Source: Gemmatimonadota bacterium
GTDB taxonomy: Bacteria > Gemmatimonadota > Gemmatimonadetes > Palauibacterales > Palauibacteraceae
Assembly (NCBI GenBank): GCA_046757485.1
Contig: JBHHYJ010000001.1
Location: forward strand, 115,454 to 179,453
Length of the DNA stretch: 64,000 nt
Reading direction: 5' to 3'
Of this stretch, positions 31,941 through 41,492 are shown piece by piece (position 1 is the first letter of the stretch; every line of letters begins with the position of its first letter). Made by a program: the position numbers and the translations under genes. The notes under the pieces are model-generated. The model worked only from the letters and a program-made list of their open reading frames with translations. It did no database searches and was not told where the DNA came from.

Positions 31941-33560
31941 GTGAAAGGCGTCGGCTTCCGCGGCTGGGTGACGGTTCTGGTCGTGGGGCACGTGGCCCTG
32001 GGCCTCCTGCTTTACGAGCCGACCCTCTTCCCCGGTGGCGACAACGCGGGCTACATGATCCTCGGGGAGTCGTTACGCTCCGGGGCGGGCTACCGGGATC
32101 TCTACCTGCCGGGCGAGCCTCTGCACGCCAAGTACCCACCCCTCTATCCGCTCCTGCTGGCCGGAGCGGGGTGGATCGGCGGCGTGCAGCTCTTCAAGCT
32201 TCTGTCTCTGGCGTTCACGGCGGCCGGAGTCGGGCTCGCGGCCCATCTCGGGCGGCGGCTCGTGAGCCCCGCCGCCGGCCTGGCCACGGCCGGAGCGCTC
32301 GCCCTCAACCCCGTCCTTCTGGAGTACTCGCACTACGTCCTCTCGGAGGCTCCGTTCACTTTTCTCGTGCTGCTCACGCTCCTCCTCTCCACCTCCCCCC
32401 GAGCTCGGACGCGGGCGGCCGGAATGGCGGCGGCGGCCGCGGCGTTCCTCGTTCGAACGGCGGGACTTCCGCTGTTGCTGGTGGTCGCCGCCGGGGCGCT
32501 GTCGCGTGGCGAGAGACGCCGGGCGATCTCGGCGCTCGGACTGGGGCTGGGCGTCGGCGGCGGGTGGGCGATCTACCAACGGCTGGCGGCGCCCGGCAGC
32601 CCCGGCTACCTGGGGGAGCTGATCCTTCGGAACCCGTACACGCCGGCCCTGGGCCGGGTGGACGCGGGGGATCTGGTGAGGCGCACGGCGGGCAACGTGT
32701 GGAGCTACACGAGCGGGGTGCTGCCCGGCTCGCTCACGGGCTTCGCACCGAGAGAGTTCGGGCTGCTGCTGCCTGTGGGCCTCGCGGTCGCCGCTCTGGC
32801 CCTGATCGGGTGGCTTTCCCGGGCGACGGAGGAGGTAGGAGAGGCGGAGCTGTTCACCCTCCTCTACGCCGGGCTGATCTGCGTGTGGCCGGAGGTGTGG
32901 ACCGACCAACGCTTCCTGCTGCCGCTTCTTCCGTTCATCCTCCTGTACGCGGTGGACGGGACGTCCCGGCTCGCGGCTCGTCTGCCGGGCGGCCATGCCG
33001 GGAAGCGGGCTCACCGGCTGCCGGCCGCGATCCTGGCGATGGGTCTGGCGATCCTGGCGCTCCTCTCCGTCTTTCGGCTGGCGCCGGACAGGGCCCGCTG
33101 CATCGCCGCCTACCGGGGAGGCTCTCCCTGCGACCCGCCGGCGCTGGCCAGTTTCTACGGGGCCGCACGCTGGGCGCGCGCGAACACGCCTCCGGAAACG
33201 GTGGTGGCGAACCGGAAACCGAGGCTCTTCTACTGGTACGCCCGCCGAAGGGGGGACGTGTACCGGTACTCCTCGGAGCCGGAGCTCGTACTTCGGAGCC
33301 TGGAGGAGATGGAGGCGGATTACGTGGCGGTCGATGCGATCAGCGCCACGACGGCCCGCTATCTCCTTCCCGCGATCCGGGCCGCGCCCGGTCGCTTCGA
33401 GGTCGTGTATCGGGGCGGGGAGCCCGAGACGGTCCTGCTTCGCTTTCGCCGCTTGCCGGCCACGGCCCGGACGAGGGACGGGCTCGGGACCCCCCCGGCG
33501 GGCGGTGACGTGGCTCGCGTCCCGCTCCGCGCGGAACGAGACGTCGCAGGCCGGCGTTGA
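31941..33560 (+). CDS. GT-C family membrane glycosyltransferase (ArnT/PMT-like, GT39/GT83-type)
   Basis: A 539 aa polytopic protein. The first extracytoplasmic loop carries an acidic motif (FPGGDNAGYMILGESL), as in ArnT/PMT-type GT-C enzymes. It follows a GtrB-like GT2. GTG start. Confidence 0.65.
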   Translation: MKGVGFRGWVTVLVVGHVALGLLLYEPTLFPGGDNAGYMILGESLRSGAGYRDLYLPGEPLHAKYPPLYPLLLAGAGWIGGVQLFKLLSLAFTAAGVGLAAHLGRRLVSPAAGLATAGALALNPVLLEYSHYVLSEAPFTFLVLLTLLLSTSPRARTRAAGMAAAAAAFLVRTAGLPLLLVVAAGALSRGERRRAISALGLGLGVGGGWAIYQRLAAPGSPGYLGELILRNPYTPALGRVDAGDLVRRTAGNVWSYTSGVLPGSLTGFAPREFGLLLPVGLAVAALALIGWLSRATEEVGEAELFTLLYAGLICVWPEVWTDQRFLLPLLPFILLYAVDGTSRLAARLPGGHAGKRAHRLPAAILAMGLAILALLSVFRLAPDRARCIAAYRGGSPCDPPALASFYGAARWARANTPPETVVANRKPRLFYWYARRRGDVYRYSSEPELVLRSLEEMEADYVAVDAISATTARYLLPAIRAAPGRFEVVYRGGEPETVLLRFRRLPATARTRDGLGTPPAGGDVARVPLRAERDVAGRR

Positions 33561-34846
33561 GGGTCATCCACGTCGTCACGGCGTTTCCCCGTGACCCGGA
33601 GGACCCGATCACTCCCTGGCTCCCCCGCCTCCTGACCGAGCTCCGCCGCCGCGGGGTGGAGTCGGAGGTCCTCGCTCCCTCCTACAGGGGCCGGCCGGCC
33701 GGCCGGCCGTACGACATTCCCGTGCACCGATTTCGCTACGGCCCGGCCGCTTGGGAAGCGCTTTCCCACGATCAGACGGTCCCTGACCGTCTGCGCGAAT
33801 CGCCGCGGTATGCGCTTCTGCTGCCGACGTACGTGGCGGGTGGGTCCCTGGCGGCCTGGCGTCTGGGCCGCGGCCGGCCGGACGTCATGCACGTCCACTG
33901 GCCGGTCCCGCACGCTCTGTTCGGAGCCGCCGCGCGGCGCGCCTCCGCCGGGCACGCGGCCCTAGTGTGCAGCTACTACAGTGTGGAGCTGAGCTGGGTC
34001 GAGCATCGGCTGCGCTGGCTGCGTCCGTTCCTCCGCTGGACGGTTCGCACGGCCGATGGCGTGACGGCCATCTCTTCGTGGACCGCCGAGCGCGTGCGGA
34101 CGCTGGTGGATCGTCCGGTCCGCGTCATCCCGTTCTCGGCCACGGTGCAGGACGGCAGCTCCCGCGTGGGCGTGGACGCGCGCGCGGGGGCCGGCGTGGA
34201 GGCGACCCCTGAGCCGGGGTCCTCCGAAGAGGGAGCGGTCGCACCTCGGATCCCGTTTCAGGATAAGGAGATGCACCTTCTGTTCGTAGGTCGTCTGGTG
34301 GAGCGCAAGGGGGTGGAGGTGCTCGTGCGGGCGCTCCCGCGAATCCTTGCCAGGCGGCCCGCGCGTCTCACGATCGTCGGAGAAGGAAGCCGGGAACGAA
34401 ACATCCGGGCAGCGGCGACCGCCAGTGGGGTGGAACCGGTCATCCGGTTCGCCGGGCACGTTTCGCGCGAGGAGCTCTCGCGGCTGTACGCCACCTGCGA
34501 CCTCTTCGTTCTGCCCGCCGTGGTGGATGCGAAAGGGGATACCGAGGGGCTGGGGGTCGTCCTGCTGGAAGCGCTGCGCTTCGCGCGGCCCGTGGTGGCA
34601 TCGGCCGTGGGCGGGATTCCCGACATCGTGCAGGACGGCCGCTCTGGATGGTTGGTGCCTCCGGGGGACCCCGCGGCGCTGGCTGGCGCGATCCTTCGGA
34701 TCGCGGCGGACCCCGAGGCGGCCCGCCGGATCGGGGAGGCCGGACGCAGACGCGTGGAGCGCCGTTTCTCGTGGGAACGGATCACCGGGGAGCTGATGGA
34801 TTGCTACATGCAGGCCGTGGCTCGGCGTCGCGGGGAAGGTGCGTGA
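33557..34846 (+). CDS. glycosyltransferase family 1 (GT4-type)
   Basis: The C-terminal GT-B domain reads LLFVGRLVERKGVEVL...EGLGVVLLEALRFARPVVASAVGGIPDIVQDGRSGWLV, with the EX7E motif. A TTG start overlaps the preceding stop. Confidence 0.8.
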   Translation: MRVIHVVTAFPRDPEDPITPWLPRLLTELRRRGVESEVLAPSYRGRPAGRPYDIPVHRFRYGPAAWEALSHDQTVPDRLRESPRYALLLPTYVAGGSLAAWRLGRGRPDVMHVHWPVPHALFGAAARRASAGHAALVCSYYSVELSWVEHRLRWLRPFLRWTVRTADGVTAISSWTAERVRTLVDRPVRVIPFSATVQDGSSRVGVDARAGAGVEATPEPGSSEEGAVAPRIPFQDKEMHLLFVGRLVERKGVEVLVRALPRILARRPARLTIVGEGSRERNIRAAATASGVEPVIRFAGHVSREELSRLYATCDLFVLPAVVDAKGDTEGLGVVLLEALRFARPVVASAVGGIPDIVQDGRSGWLVPPGDPAALAGAILRIAADPEAARRIGEAGRRRVERRFSWERITGELMDCYMQAVARRRGEGA

Positions 34847-35673
34847 TCGATCGGCCCGCCCTGGGCCGCGACGCGTACGCGGACCGGGTCTCTTCCGAGT
34901 CGTACCGGGAAGAACGGGCGGCGAAGGCGGATGTCGTGTGGCGGCTGTGCGGGGAGGAGCTTCGGCGAGCCGCACGCATCGCGGATCTGGGAAGCGGAAC
35001 GGGTCTCCTGAAGAGGGCCCTGGAGAAAAGGCTCGGCCGGGAGATCTACGGCTTCGAGCTGGACCCCTCCTTCGTCCACTGGCGAGGGATGACGGTCATG
35101 GCGGACGTACGGCGGCTGCCGGCGCCCGATGACGCCTTCGATTTCCTCCTTCTGAATCACCTGTACGAGCACGTGGCGGACCAGCCGGCTCTCTTCAGGG
35201 AGGCGTACCGGGTGCTGGCGCCGGGCGGCCGCGCCTACCTGTCGGCGGGAAACGTTCTGGCCGTGCTGGAGCCTCACTACCGGCTTCCGTTCCTGAGCTG
35301 GCTGCCCCGGCCGCTGGCGAGCGCTTATCTGCGGGCCACGGGGCGGGGAAGGGCGTATCGGGGGATCCGGTTCCGGACGCACGGCGCGTTGGTCCGTATG
35401 GTGACGACCGCGGGCTTCCGCCACCGGGAGATCACCGAAGAGGCGCTGGAGAGGCTGCTGGCCGGTCCGACGGATCGAGGGTGGCAGGGAACCTGGCGTG
35501 TTCTGCGACGGCTTCCGGGTCGGTTCAGGGGGGCGCTCTTGCGCTCCCTTTCCCCGCAGTGGTTCTTTCTGCTCGAAAAACCGCCGGTCGGGGGGGATCC
35601 GGTGCTGCCTGCGAACGCGGCACGTGGATCGCGGCGCGCCCCGCCGCACGAGGTGGGAGGAGAGCAGGGATGA
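34843..35673 (+). CDS. class I SAM-dependent methyltransferase
   Basis: IADLGSGTGLL matches motif I, and LAPGGRAYLS matches the post-II region. A GTGA overlap joins it to the upstream gene. Confidence 0.7.
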   Translation: MIDRPALGRDAYADRVSSESYREERAAKADVVWRLCGEELRRAARIADLGSGTGLLKRALEKRLGREIYGFELDPSFVHWRGMTVMADVRRLPAPDDAFDFLLLNHLYEHVADQPALFREAYRVLAPGGRAYLSAGNVLAVLEPHYRLPFLSWLPRPLASAYLRATGRGRAYRGIRFRTHGALVRMVTTAGFRHREITEEALERLLAGPTDRGWQGTWRVLRRLPGRFRGALLRSLSPQWFFLLEKPPVGGDPVLPANAARGSRRAPPHEVGGEQG

Positions 35674-38012
35674 GTTCAGCCTCGGGTCGCGAGGTGCCCC
35701 CGGCCGGTGAAGACGCCGGTGCCGACCGGTGGGTGACCGGTGCCTTCCTCGCCGGCACAGCCATCCTCTGCCTCCTCTTCTATCGAGGGTTCGTCTTTCA
35801 CCCCGATCGGATGCTGTTCGGCACCGACATGGTGATCGAGGGGTTCCCGTTGCGCCGCTTCGCCCTCGAGGAGATCCGGGCCGGCCGGGGCCTGCCGCTG
35901 TGGAATCCGTACCTGCTGGGGGGACTACCGTTCGTGGCCACGCTCCCGGGCCCGCTCTTCTATCCGACCAGTCTCCTTTACCTACTTCTTCCGCTTCACC
36001 GGGCGATCGGCTGGACGTTCGTCCTCCACAGCTTCCTGGCGGGTGCCTTCGCCTTCTTCGCGGCCCGCGCGTTCGGACTCCGCCGGGGATCCGCGACGGT
36101 CTGTGGCCTCTCCTTCATGCTCACCGGGTACCTCGCTTCCACCCTGTACGGGGGGCACGACGGGCGGATGTTCGCCATCGTCCTCATCCCGCTCGCCTTC
36201 GGGATGGCGGAGCGGGGGCTGCGAAGCGGGAGAGGGGCATGGTTTCTGGGAGTCGCGGCGGCGGTGGCGCTCCAGGCGCTCACGCCGCACGTCCAGATCA
36301 TGTACTTCTCGACGCTCTCGCTTCTCTCGTACGCCGGGGTCCGCCTGGCCCTCCCACGTCGGGACGAAGGAAACCCACCGGAGCGTCCGTGGCGGCTGTC
36401 GCTCGGCCTCGTGGCGGCCCTGGCGCTGGCGGCAGGACTGGCGGCCGTCCAGTTGCTGCCCACGTACGCGTTGCTGGGGGATGTCTCGCGGGCGGCTCAG
36501 GAACGGGGCTACGAGTTCGCCGCTTCCTGGGCGCTGCCTCCCCAGGAGCTGTCGGCGCTCTTCCTGCCCGACCTCATCGGATCCTTGGGGCGCTACTGGG
36601 GCGAGAACCCGTTCAAGCTTCACACGGAGTACCTGGGGGGCGTGCCCGTGGCTCTGGCGATCCTGGGCGTGGTTGGCGGCTTCGGCCGCGGCCGCGCAAC
36701 GGAGGAGCGGCGAACCGTCGGCTTTCTGGCCGCGGCCTCGCTCCTCGGCATCCTCTTCGCCCTGGGTGCCTCCACTCCGGTGCATCGGGTGGCGTACGCC
36801 GTCGTCCCGCTGATGCGGAGCTTCCGGGCCCCCGCGATGATGCTCGGACCGGTGGCGTTCTTCGTCGCCCTGCTGGCGGGCTTCGGCTGGGAAGCGGTCC
36901 GCCGTCGGAAAACCGGGGTTCTCGGGCCGGTCACTTGGCTGGCGGCCGCTCCGTTTCTGCTCCTGGGACTGGCCGCGGCCCTGGCCCCGGACGGTCTGTC
37001 GAGCTTCGCCTATCACAGCTGGTTTCCGGGAGGATGGGCCAGACGGCCCCCTCCGGAGCTGGCGGGCGCGCTCAGGGTGTCGGGGCTCTTCCTGCTGGCC
37101 TCGTGGGGCGCCGTACTCGGCGCGGCGTGGGCGTCGGGCCGGAAGAGGGGAAGCGGGTGGTGGCTCGCGGGACTCCTGGCCCTGACGCTGATGGACCTGT
37201 GGCGCGTGGACGCCCGTTATCTCCAGACGGCCCGGGTGGAAGAGGTCTTTCCGGCGGAGCCGCCCGGGCTCGAGCGACTCGCAGCTTCCGTGGAGCCCGG
37301 GGAGCGGGTCTGGCCGCTGGAGCGGACGTACGAGGCGAACGAGCTGATGTACTACGGGGTCCGGACCGTTTCCGGCACCCAGAAGTTCCTCTTCTCGTGG
37401 TACCGACGCCTGGTGGGGGGTCTGGGCTACGAGAACCTGCTTCGGCAGCCGGCGTTGTGGCAGCTGCTGGACCTCCGGTTCGTGACCGCCCGCTCCGAGC
37501 TCGACACGCCTCTGCTGCGCCCGGTGGAGGAGACGGAGCGGGGGCGGATCTACGAGGTCGTGTCCCCCGCTCCGCACGTCTTCTTCCCGGCCCGGGTGAC
37601 GGCGGTCGAGGACACGGCGGAGGCGCTGAGGAGGACGCTGGCGCTCGTGAACGCGGCCGAGGAGGCCGTTGTAGAGGCGGGCGAGGTGCCGCCCGTCACG
37701 GCGGGCACGGCGGAGCTGGCTCGTTCGGCGCCCGACGAGCTGGAGCTCCGCGTGAGGGCGGCCCGGGAGGGCCTCCTCGTTCTGAGCGAGGTGTGGGCCC
37801 CCGGGTGGCACGCGTACGTGGGTGGAACCGAAGTGCCGGTGCTGCGGGCGGACGCGGCGTTCCGGGCGATCGTCGTCCCTGCCGGCGAGCATCGGGTCCG
37901 CTTTCTCTACCGGCCGACGGGGTTTCGGTGGGGCGTCCGCCTCTCGGGGGCCTCGCTTCTCGTGCTGCTGGGCGGCCTGGGGGTGACCCTCCGCCGCCCG
38001 CGGCGGGGGTGA
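35670..38012 (+). CDS. YfhO family membrane protein (putative GT-C glycosyltransferase)
   Basis: A 780 aa protein with many TM helices N-terminally and a large C-terminal soluble domain. The start reads FYRGFVFHPDRMLFGTDMVIEGFPLRRFALEEIRAGRGLPLWNPYLLGGLPF, as in YfhO/CsbB-partner proteins. An ATGA overlap joins it to the methyltransferase. Confidence 0.7.
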   Translation: MSSASGREVPPAGEDAGADRWVTGAFLAGTAILCLLFYRGFVFHPDRMLFGTDMVIEGFPLRRFALEEIRAGRGLPLWNPYLLGGLPFVATLPGPLFYPTSLLYLLLPLHRAIGWTFVLHSFLAGAFAFFAARAFGLRRGSATVCGLSFMLTGYLASTLYGGHDGRMFAIVLIPLAFGMAERGLRSGRGAWFLGVAAAVALQALTPHVQIMYFSTLSLLSYAGVRLALPRRDEGNPPERPWRLSLGLVAALALAAGLAAVQLLPTYALLGDVSRAAQERGYEFAASWALPPQELSALFLPDLIGSLGRYWGENPFKLHTEYLGGVPVALAILGVVGGFGRGRATEERRTVGFLAAASLLGILFALGASTPVHRVAYAVVPLMRSFRAPAMMLGPVAFFVALLAGFGWEAVRRRKTGVLGPVTWLAAAPFLLLGLAAALAPDGLSSFAYHSWFPGGWARRPPPELAGALRVSGLFLLASWGAVLGAAWASGRKRGSGWWLAGLLALTLMDLWRVDARYLQTARVEEVFPAEPPGLERLAASVEPGERVWPLERTYEANELMYYGVRTVSGTQKFLFSWYRRLVGGLGYENLLRQPALWQLLDLRFVTARSELDTPLLRPVEETERGRIYEVVSPAPHVFFPARVTAVEDTAEALRRTLALVNAAEEAVVEAGEVPPVTAGTAELARSAPDELELRVRAAREGLLVLSEVWAPGWHAYVGGTEVPVLRADAAFRAIVVPAGEHRVRFLYRPTGFRWGVRLSGASLLVLLGGLGVTLRRPRRG

Positions 38013-38025
38013 GAGGCGCAGTCGC

Positions 38026-39009
38026 ATGGAGGCGCGAAGAAGTGGACCACCCGACGGCCCGCGGGAGGGACGGCGCCGAGCGAGGTTTCGATGGGCGGTC
38101 GGTGCGTTTCTGCTGGTTGCCTTCGCGTTTCTCCTGGTCGGCGTCCTGCGCGGGTGGGGAGAGCTCCGGACGCTGCGTGAGGAGGTTGCGGACCATTCCT
38201 GGAGGCTGTCGGCCGGCTGGCTGGGTGCAGCGCTCGCGGCGTGGAGCGCCGCGTTGCTGGGATCGGCGGCCGCGTGGGTGTGGCTCTTCCGCCGGGCGGG
38301 CGGCCGGATCGGGATGCGCCGGGGCCTCCTCGTGTGGTTGTCGACGAACCTGGGGCGCTACATCCCCGGCAAGATCTGGCAACTTACGGGCCTCGCCGTG
38401 CATCTCAGACGGAGGGGAGGATCGGGTGCGGTGGCCGTCTCCTCCTCCCTCCAGGCCCAGCTGCTCGCCCTGGTGGTCGGCCTGGCCGTCGCGGTCAGCC
38501 TGCTGGGGGGCGGGCTGGCGTCCGTGGGGCGGCCGATCTGGCAGGCCGCGCTCCTGGGGATCGCGCTCCTGTTCCTTCTCCACCCGGCGGTCATCGGGAG
38601 GATCGGGCGGTCGCTCCACCGCTGGCTGAGGGAAGAGGATCCTCCGGAAAGGCTGAGCTTCCGGGAGCTCGTGCCGGCCGGTTTCTTCCTAGCCGGGGTA
38701 TGGCTCGCGTATGGAGCCGGCTTCGCCGCCTACCTACGGGGGGTGGGGGGAACGGCGATCGGCGTGGGGCAGGCCACAGGTATCTTCGCGGCGGCGTACG
38801 TGGCGGGCTACGCGTTTCTGCTCGCGCCGGCGGGTCTCGTGGCCCGCGAGGGGGCCATGACCTTCCTGCTCCTGGCCGTCACGCCTCTCTCGGCAGCCGT
38901 CGCGGCGACTCTGGCCGTCGGGGCCCGGTTGGGGGTGACCCTGGCGGAGCTCGTGGCGATCACCGCCGGATGGCTGCTGGCGGGCTTCGGAGAGCGTGAT
39001 GAGGGCTGA
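38026..39009 (+). CDS. flippase-like membrane protein (lysyl-phosphatidylglycerol-synthase TM region / UPF0104 family)
   Basis: A polytopic protein carrying the conserved NLGRYIPGKIWQLTGLAVHL segment of the MprF-TM / TIGR00374 family. Confidence 0.65.
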   Translation: MEARRSGPPDGPREGRRRARFRWAVGAFLLVAFAFLLVGVLRGWGELRTLREEVADHSWRLSAGWLGAALAAWSAALLGSAAAWVWLFRRAGGRIGMRRGLLVWLSTNLGRYIPGKIWQLTGLAVHLRRRGGSGAVAVSSSLQAQLLALVVGLAVAVSLLGGGLASVGRPIWQAALLGIALLFLLHPAVIGRIGRSLHRWLREEDPPERLSFRELVPAGFFLAGVWLAYGAGFAAYLRGVGGTAIGVGQATGIFAAAYVAGYAFLLAPAGLVAREGAMTFLLLAVTPLSAAVAATLAVGARLGVTLAELVAITAGWLLAGFGERDEG

Positions 39010-39123
39010 GGCGGGGAGGTGCGAGCCGTCGGTGCCGCACGCCGGGGGGGCGAGGTGCCGGCCAGTGGTCGAGTGACGTCCGACCTCCCGGCTGGGAGAC
39101 GAGGGAAGGAGGAAAGCGCACGG

Positions 39124-39861
39124 GTGTCAGAGGAACTCACGGGGCGGGGCAGGGCGCTGGTCATCCTGCCCACGTACAACGAAGCGGAGAATCTGATAGA
39201 GATCGTACAACGTATCCTACATCAGGGACGTAACTTCGATATTCTCATCGTCGACGACGCCTCGCCGGATGGCACGGGAGAGATCGGAGAGCACCTGGCT
39301 GTCGAGGAGTCGAGGGTTCGCATCCTGAGACGCCCCGGCAAGCTGGGCCTCGGGAGCGCCTACCTCACGGGCTTCCGGGAGGGGCTGCGGCGGGGCTACG
39401 ACTACCTTATCGAGATGGATGCCGACCTGTCGCACGACCCGAAGTACCTGCCCGAGCTCCTGAGCGCGGCCGAGGAGTACGATGTGGTCATCGGCTCGCG
39501 CTACCTGCGGGGGGTGAACGTGATCAACTGGCCGATGAGCCGGCTCCTCCTGAGCTATTTCGCCAACAAGTACGCCCACTGGGTGACCGGTCTCCCGCTG
39601 GCCGACTGCACCGGCGGCTTCAAGTGCTTCCGCCGTCCCGTCCTGCGGGCGCTGGACCTCGAGGCCGTGAAATCCACGGGGTACGCCTTTCAAATCGAGA
39701 TGAACTTCCGCGCCTGGAAGAAAGGGTTCCGGCTCGGCGAGATCCCGATCGTCTTCGTGGACCGCGCTGCCGGGGCGAGCAAGATGACCCGCGCGATCAT
39801 CCGTGAAGCCATCTGGCGGGTGTGGGCTCTACGCCTGAAATCCCTTCTGGGCCGTCTGTAG
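39124..39861 (+). CDS. polyprenol/dolichol-phosphate mannose synthase (Ppm1/DPM1-like GT2)
   Basis: A GTG is preceded by GAAGGAGGA. LVILPTYNEAENL...ILIVDDASPDGT...EMDADLSHDP match DPM1-type motifs. The protein is soluble, with no C-terminal TM helix. Confidence 0.8.
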   Translation: MSEELTGRGRALVILPTYNEAENLIEIVQRILHQGRNFDILIVDDASPDGTGEIGEHLAVEESRVRILRRPGKLGLGSAYLTGFREGLRRGYDYLIEMDADLSHDPKYLPELLSAAEEYDVVIGSRYLRGVNVINWPMSRLLLSYFANKYAHWVTGLPLADCTGGFKCFRRPVLRALDLEAVKSTGYAFQIEMNFRAWKKGFRLGEIPIVFVDRAAGASKMTRAIIREAIWRVWALRLKSLLGRL

Positions 39862-40025
39862 AAGCTCCAGGACCTCGAGCCCGTCGCGGTAAGAGTGCCC
39901 TAGGAACAGGACGGGGCAGCACTAGTTGACATAATATATCTTATGTGCCATATGGACGGACCCGTCGGGACTTCCTGGGGTCGGCCTACTACCCGGGGCT
40001 ATGGGAGACGCAGGATCAGGGGTCT

Positions 40026-40868
40026 TCAGCGGAGCCGGGAGGAATCCGGGGGCTCCGGTGGAGAGCCGCGGGGGGGGCCAGCGCCCGCGGCAGCGGAGGG
40101 ACGGCTGGAGGGCGCGGCGGCCGGGAGAGCGGCGGAGGTCGTGTCGGTCGGCTCGGGACCGGCGGGCCGGGCCTCGGCCAGGGCCCTCAGCTCACCGAGA
40201 CGGAGTCGGTAGGTCGCCTCCTCGGCGGGCTGATCGGCCTCGGCGGCGGCGGTGAGGAGCTGCTCGTAGATCGCGGTTGCCCCGCGGAGGTCACCGGCGT
40301 CGGCGAGAAGCCGCGCCGCCTTCGCCCGGGCGGCCCGACGCTGGAAGGCGAGCTCCGCCCCTTCTCCGAGCTCCTCGAGCGTCCGGACGGCGGCCGCGAG
40401 GTCTCCTTTCGTCTCCAGAGCTCCCGCGGTGAGGAGGCGGGCGGCCTGGCCGAGCGGGGTGCCCGGTGGGCGGCGTTCTAGGACCGGGGCGAGCGTCTGG
40501 AGCGCGGCATCCGGCTGTTGCAGGTCGAGCTGCACGCGGGCCAGGATGAGGCGGCCCTCGTCCGCGGCCGGCGCGCTGCCGTACCGGGCCACGTACGTCC
40601 GGAGGCGCTCCGCGGCGACGGCCGGGTCCCGAGCGAGGAGCGTCCCGGCCAGAGTCTGCAGCTCCGCGGCGGCCTGTTCGCGCACGTTCGCCTGGTAGCT
40701 CCGGTAGTAGAAAGCGGCGGCCACGAGGAGGCCGAGGGCCACGCCCGCGACCAGGAGGGCACGCGCCTTCTCCTGGGCCCAGGCCAGGAGGCGCCACGTT
40801 CGTTCGACGAACGGGTCTTCGCCGGACGGGGCCTCCCTTTTTCGTGCGTGAGCGAATGAGCGTGGCAT
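40026..40868 (-). CDS. membrane-anchored TPR-like protein (YfgM-like)
   Basis: One N-terminal TM helix (LLVAGVALGLLVAAAFYY) is followed by an Ala/Leu-rich TPR-like periplasmic domain. Confidence 0.6.
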   Translation of the reverse strand: MPRSFAHARKREAPSGEDPFVERTWRLLAWAQEKARALLVAGVALGLLVAAAFYYRSYQANVREQAAAELQTLAGTLLARDPAVAAERLRTYVARYGSAPAADEGRLILARVQLDLQQPDAALQTLAPVLERRPPGTPLGQAARLLTAGALETKGDLAAAVRTLEELGEGAELAFQRRAARAKAARLLADAGDLRGATAIYEQLLTAAAEADQPAEEATYRLRLGELRALAEARPAGPEPTDTTSAALPAAAPSSRPSAAAGAGPPRGSPPEPPDSSRLR

Positions 40869-40901
40869 GTCGATGGTCCTGGTCTATGGCAGCCGGATAC
40901 T

Positions 40902-41492
40902 CTATAGGTGCAGTAGTGACAACACGTTATATCGACCCAACACTTCACGGCCCCGGAGAGCTTCCAGCTCGATAAGGAAGCTGATGCCGGCCACCAGCCC
41001 GCCGAGGCGCTCGATGAGCCCGGCGGCGGCGGCGGCCGTGCCCCCGGTCGCCAGCAGGTCATCGATCAACACCACCCGCGTTCCTGGCCCCACGCTGTCG
41101 ACCTGGAGCTCCAGGTGGGCGGAGCCGTACTCCAGATCGTACTCCGCGGTCACCGTCTCCCCGGGAAGCTTTCCCTGCTTGCGAATCGGTACGAACGGAA
41201 GCTCCAGCTCCAGGGCGACGGGTGTCCCGATGAGGAAGCCGCGCGACTCGATACCGGCGATCAGCTCCGCCCCGTTCCGGGCCGCCTCGTGGGAGAGGGC
41301 GGCGACGATCCGCCCCAGCAGCCGCGGCTCCGCGAGAACGGGGGCGATGTCGCGAAACAGGATCCCGGGCCGAGGAAAGTCCGGATAGTCGCGGACCGTT
41401 CCCCCGACGGCGTTCGCCAGCTTCTCGAGAGAGTCGGTCCACGAATCGGTGGACCCCTCCGCCGGTTGGGGCGAGAGATCGGGTCGGCGCAT
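40902..41492 (-). CDS. apt: adenine phosphoribosyltransferase
   Basis: The PRPP-binding motif reads VVLIDDLLATGGTAAAAAGLI, and the N-terminus reads DYPDFPRPGILFRDI. The ATG at 41492 is preceded by AAAGGAG. Confidence 0.85.
   Translation of the reverse strand: MRRPDLSPQPAEGSTDSWTDSLEKLANAVGGTVRDYPDFPRPGILFRDIAPVLAEPRLLGRIVAALSHEAARNGAELIAGIESRGFLIGTPVALELELPFVPIRKQGKLPGETVTAEYDLEYGSAHLELQVDSVGPGTRVVLIDDLLATGGTAAAAAGLIERLGGLVAGISFLIELEALRGREVLGRYNVLSLLHL

Noticed and set aside
35729-38629. 966 aa plus-strand ORF in an alternative frame
   Set aside because: It overlaps the YfhO and flippase-like genes in another frame. The product is Gly/Arg/Pro low-complexity.
39943-40481. Plus-strand ORFs (89 and 178 aa) starting in the AT-rich island
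   Set aside because: They are antisense to the YfgM-like gene, their products are Gly/Arg-rich, and they are most likely artefacts. The island itself is kept as a finding.
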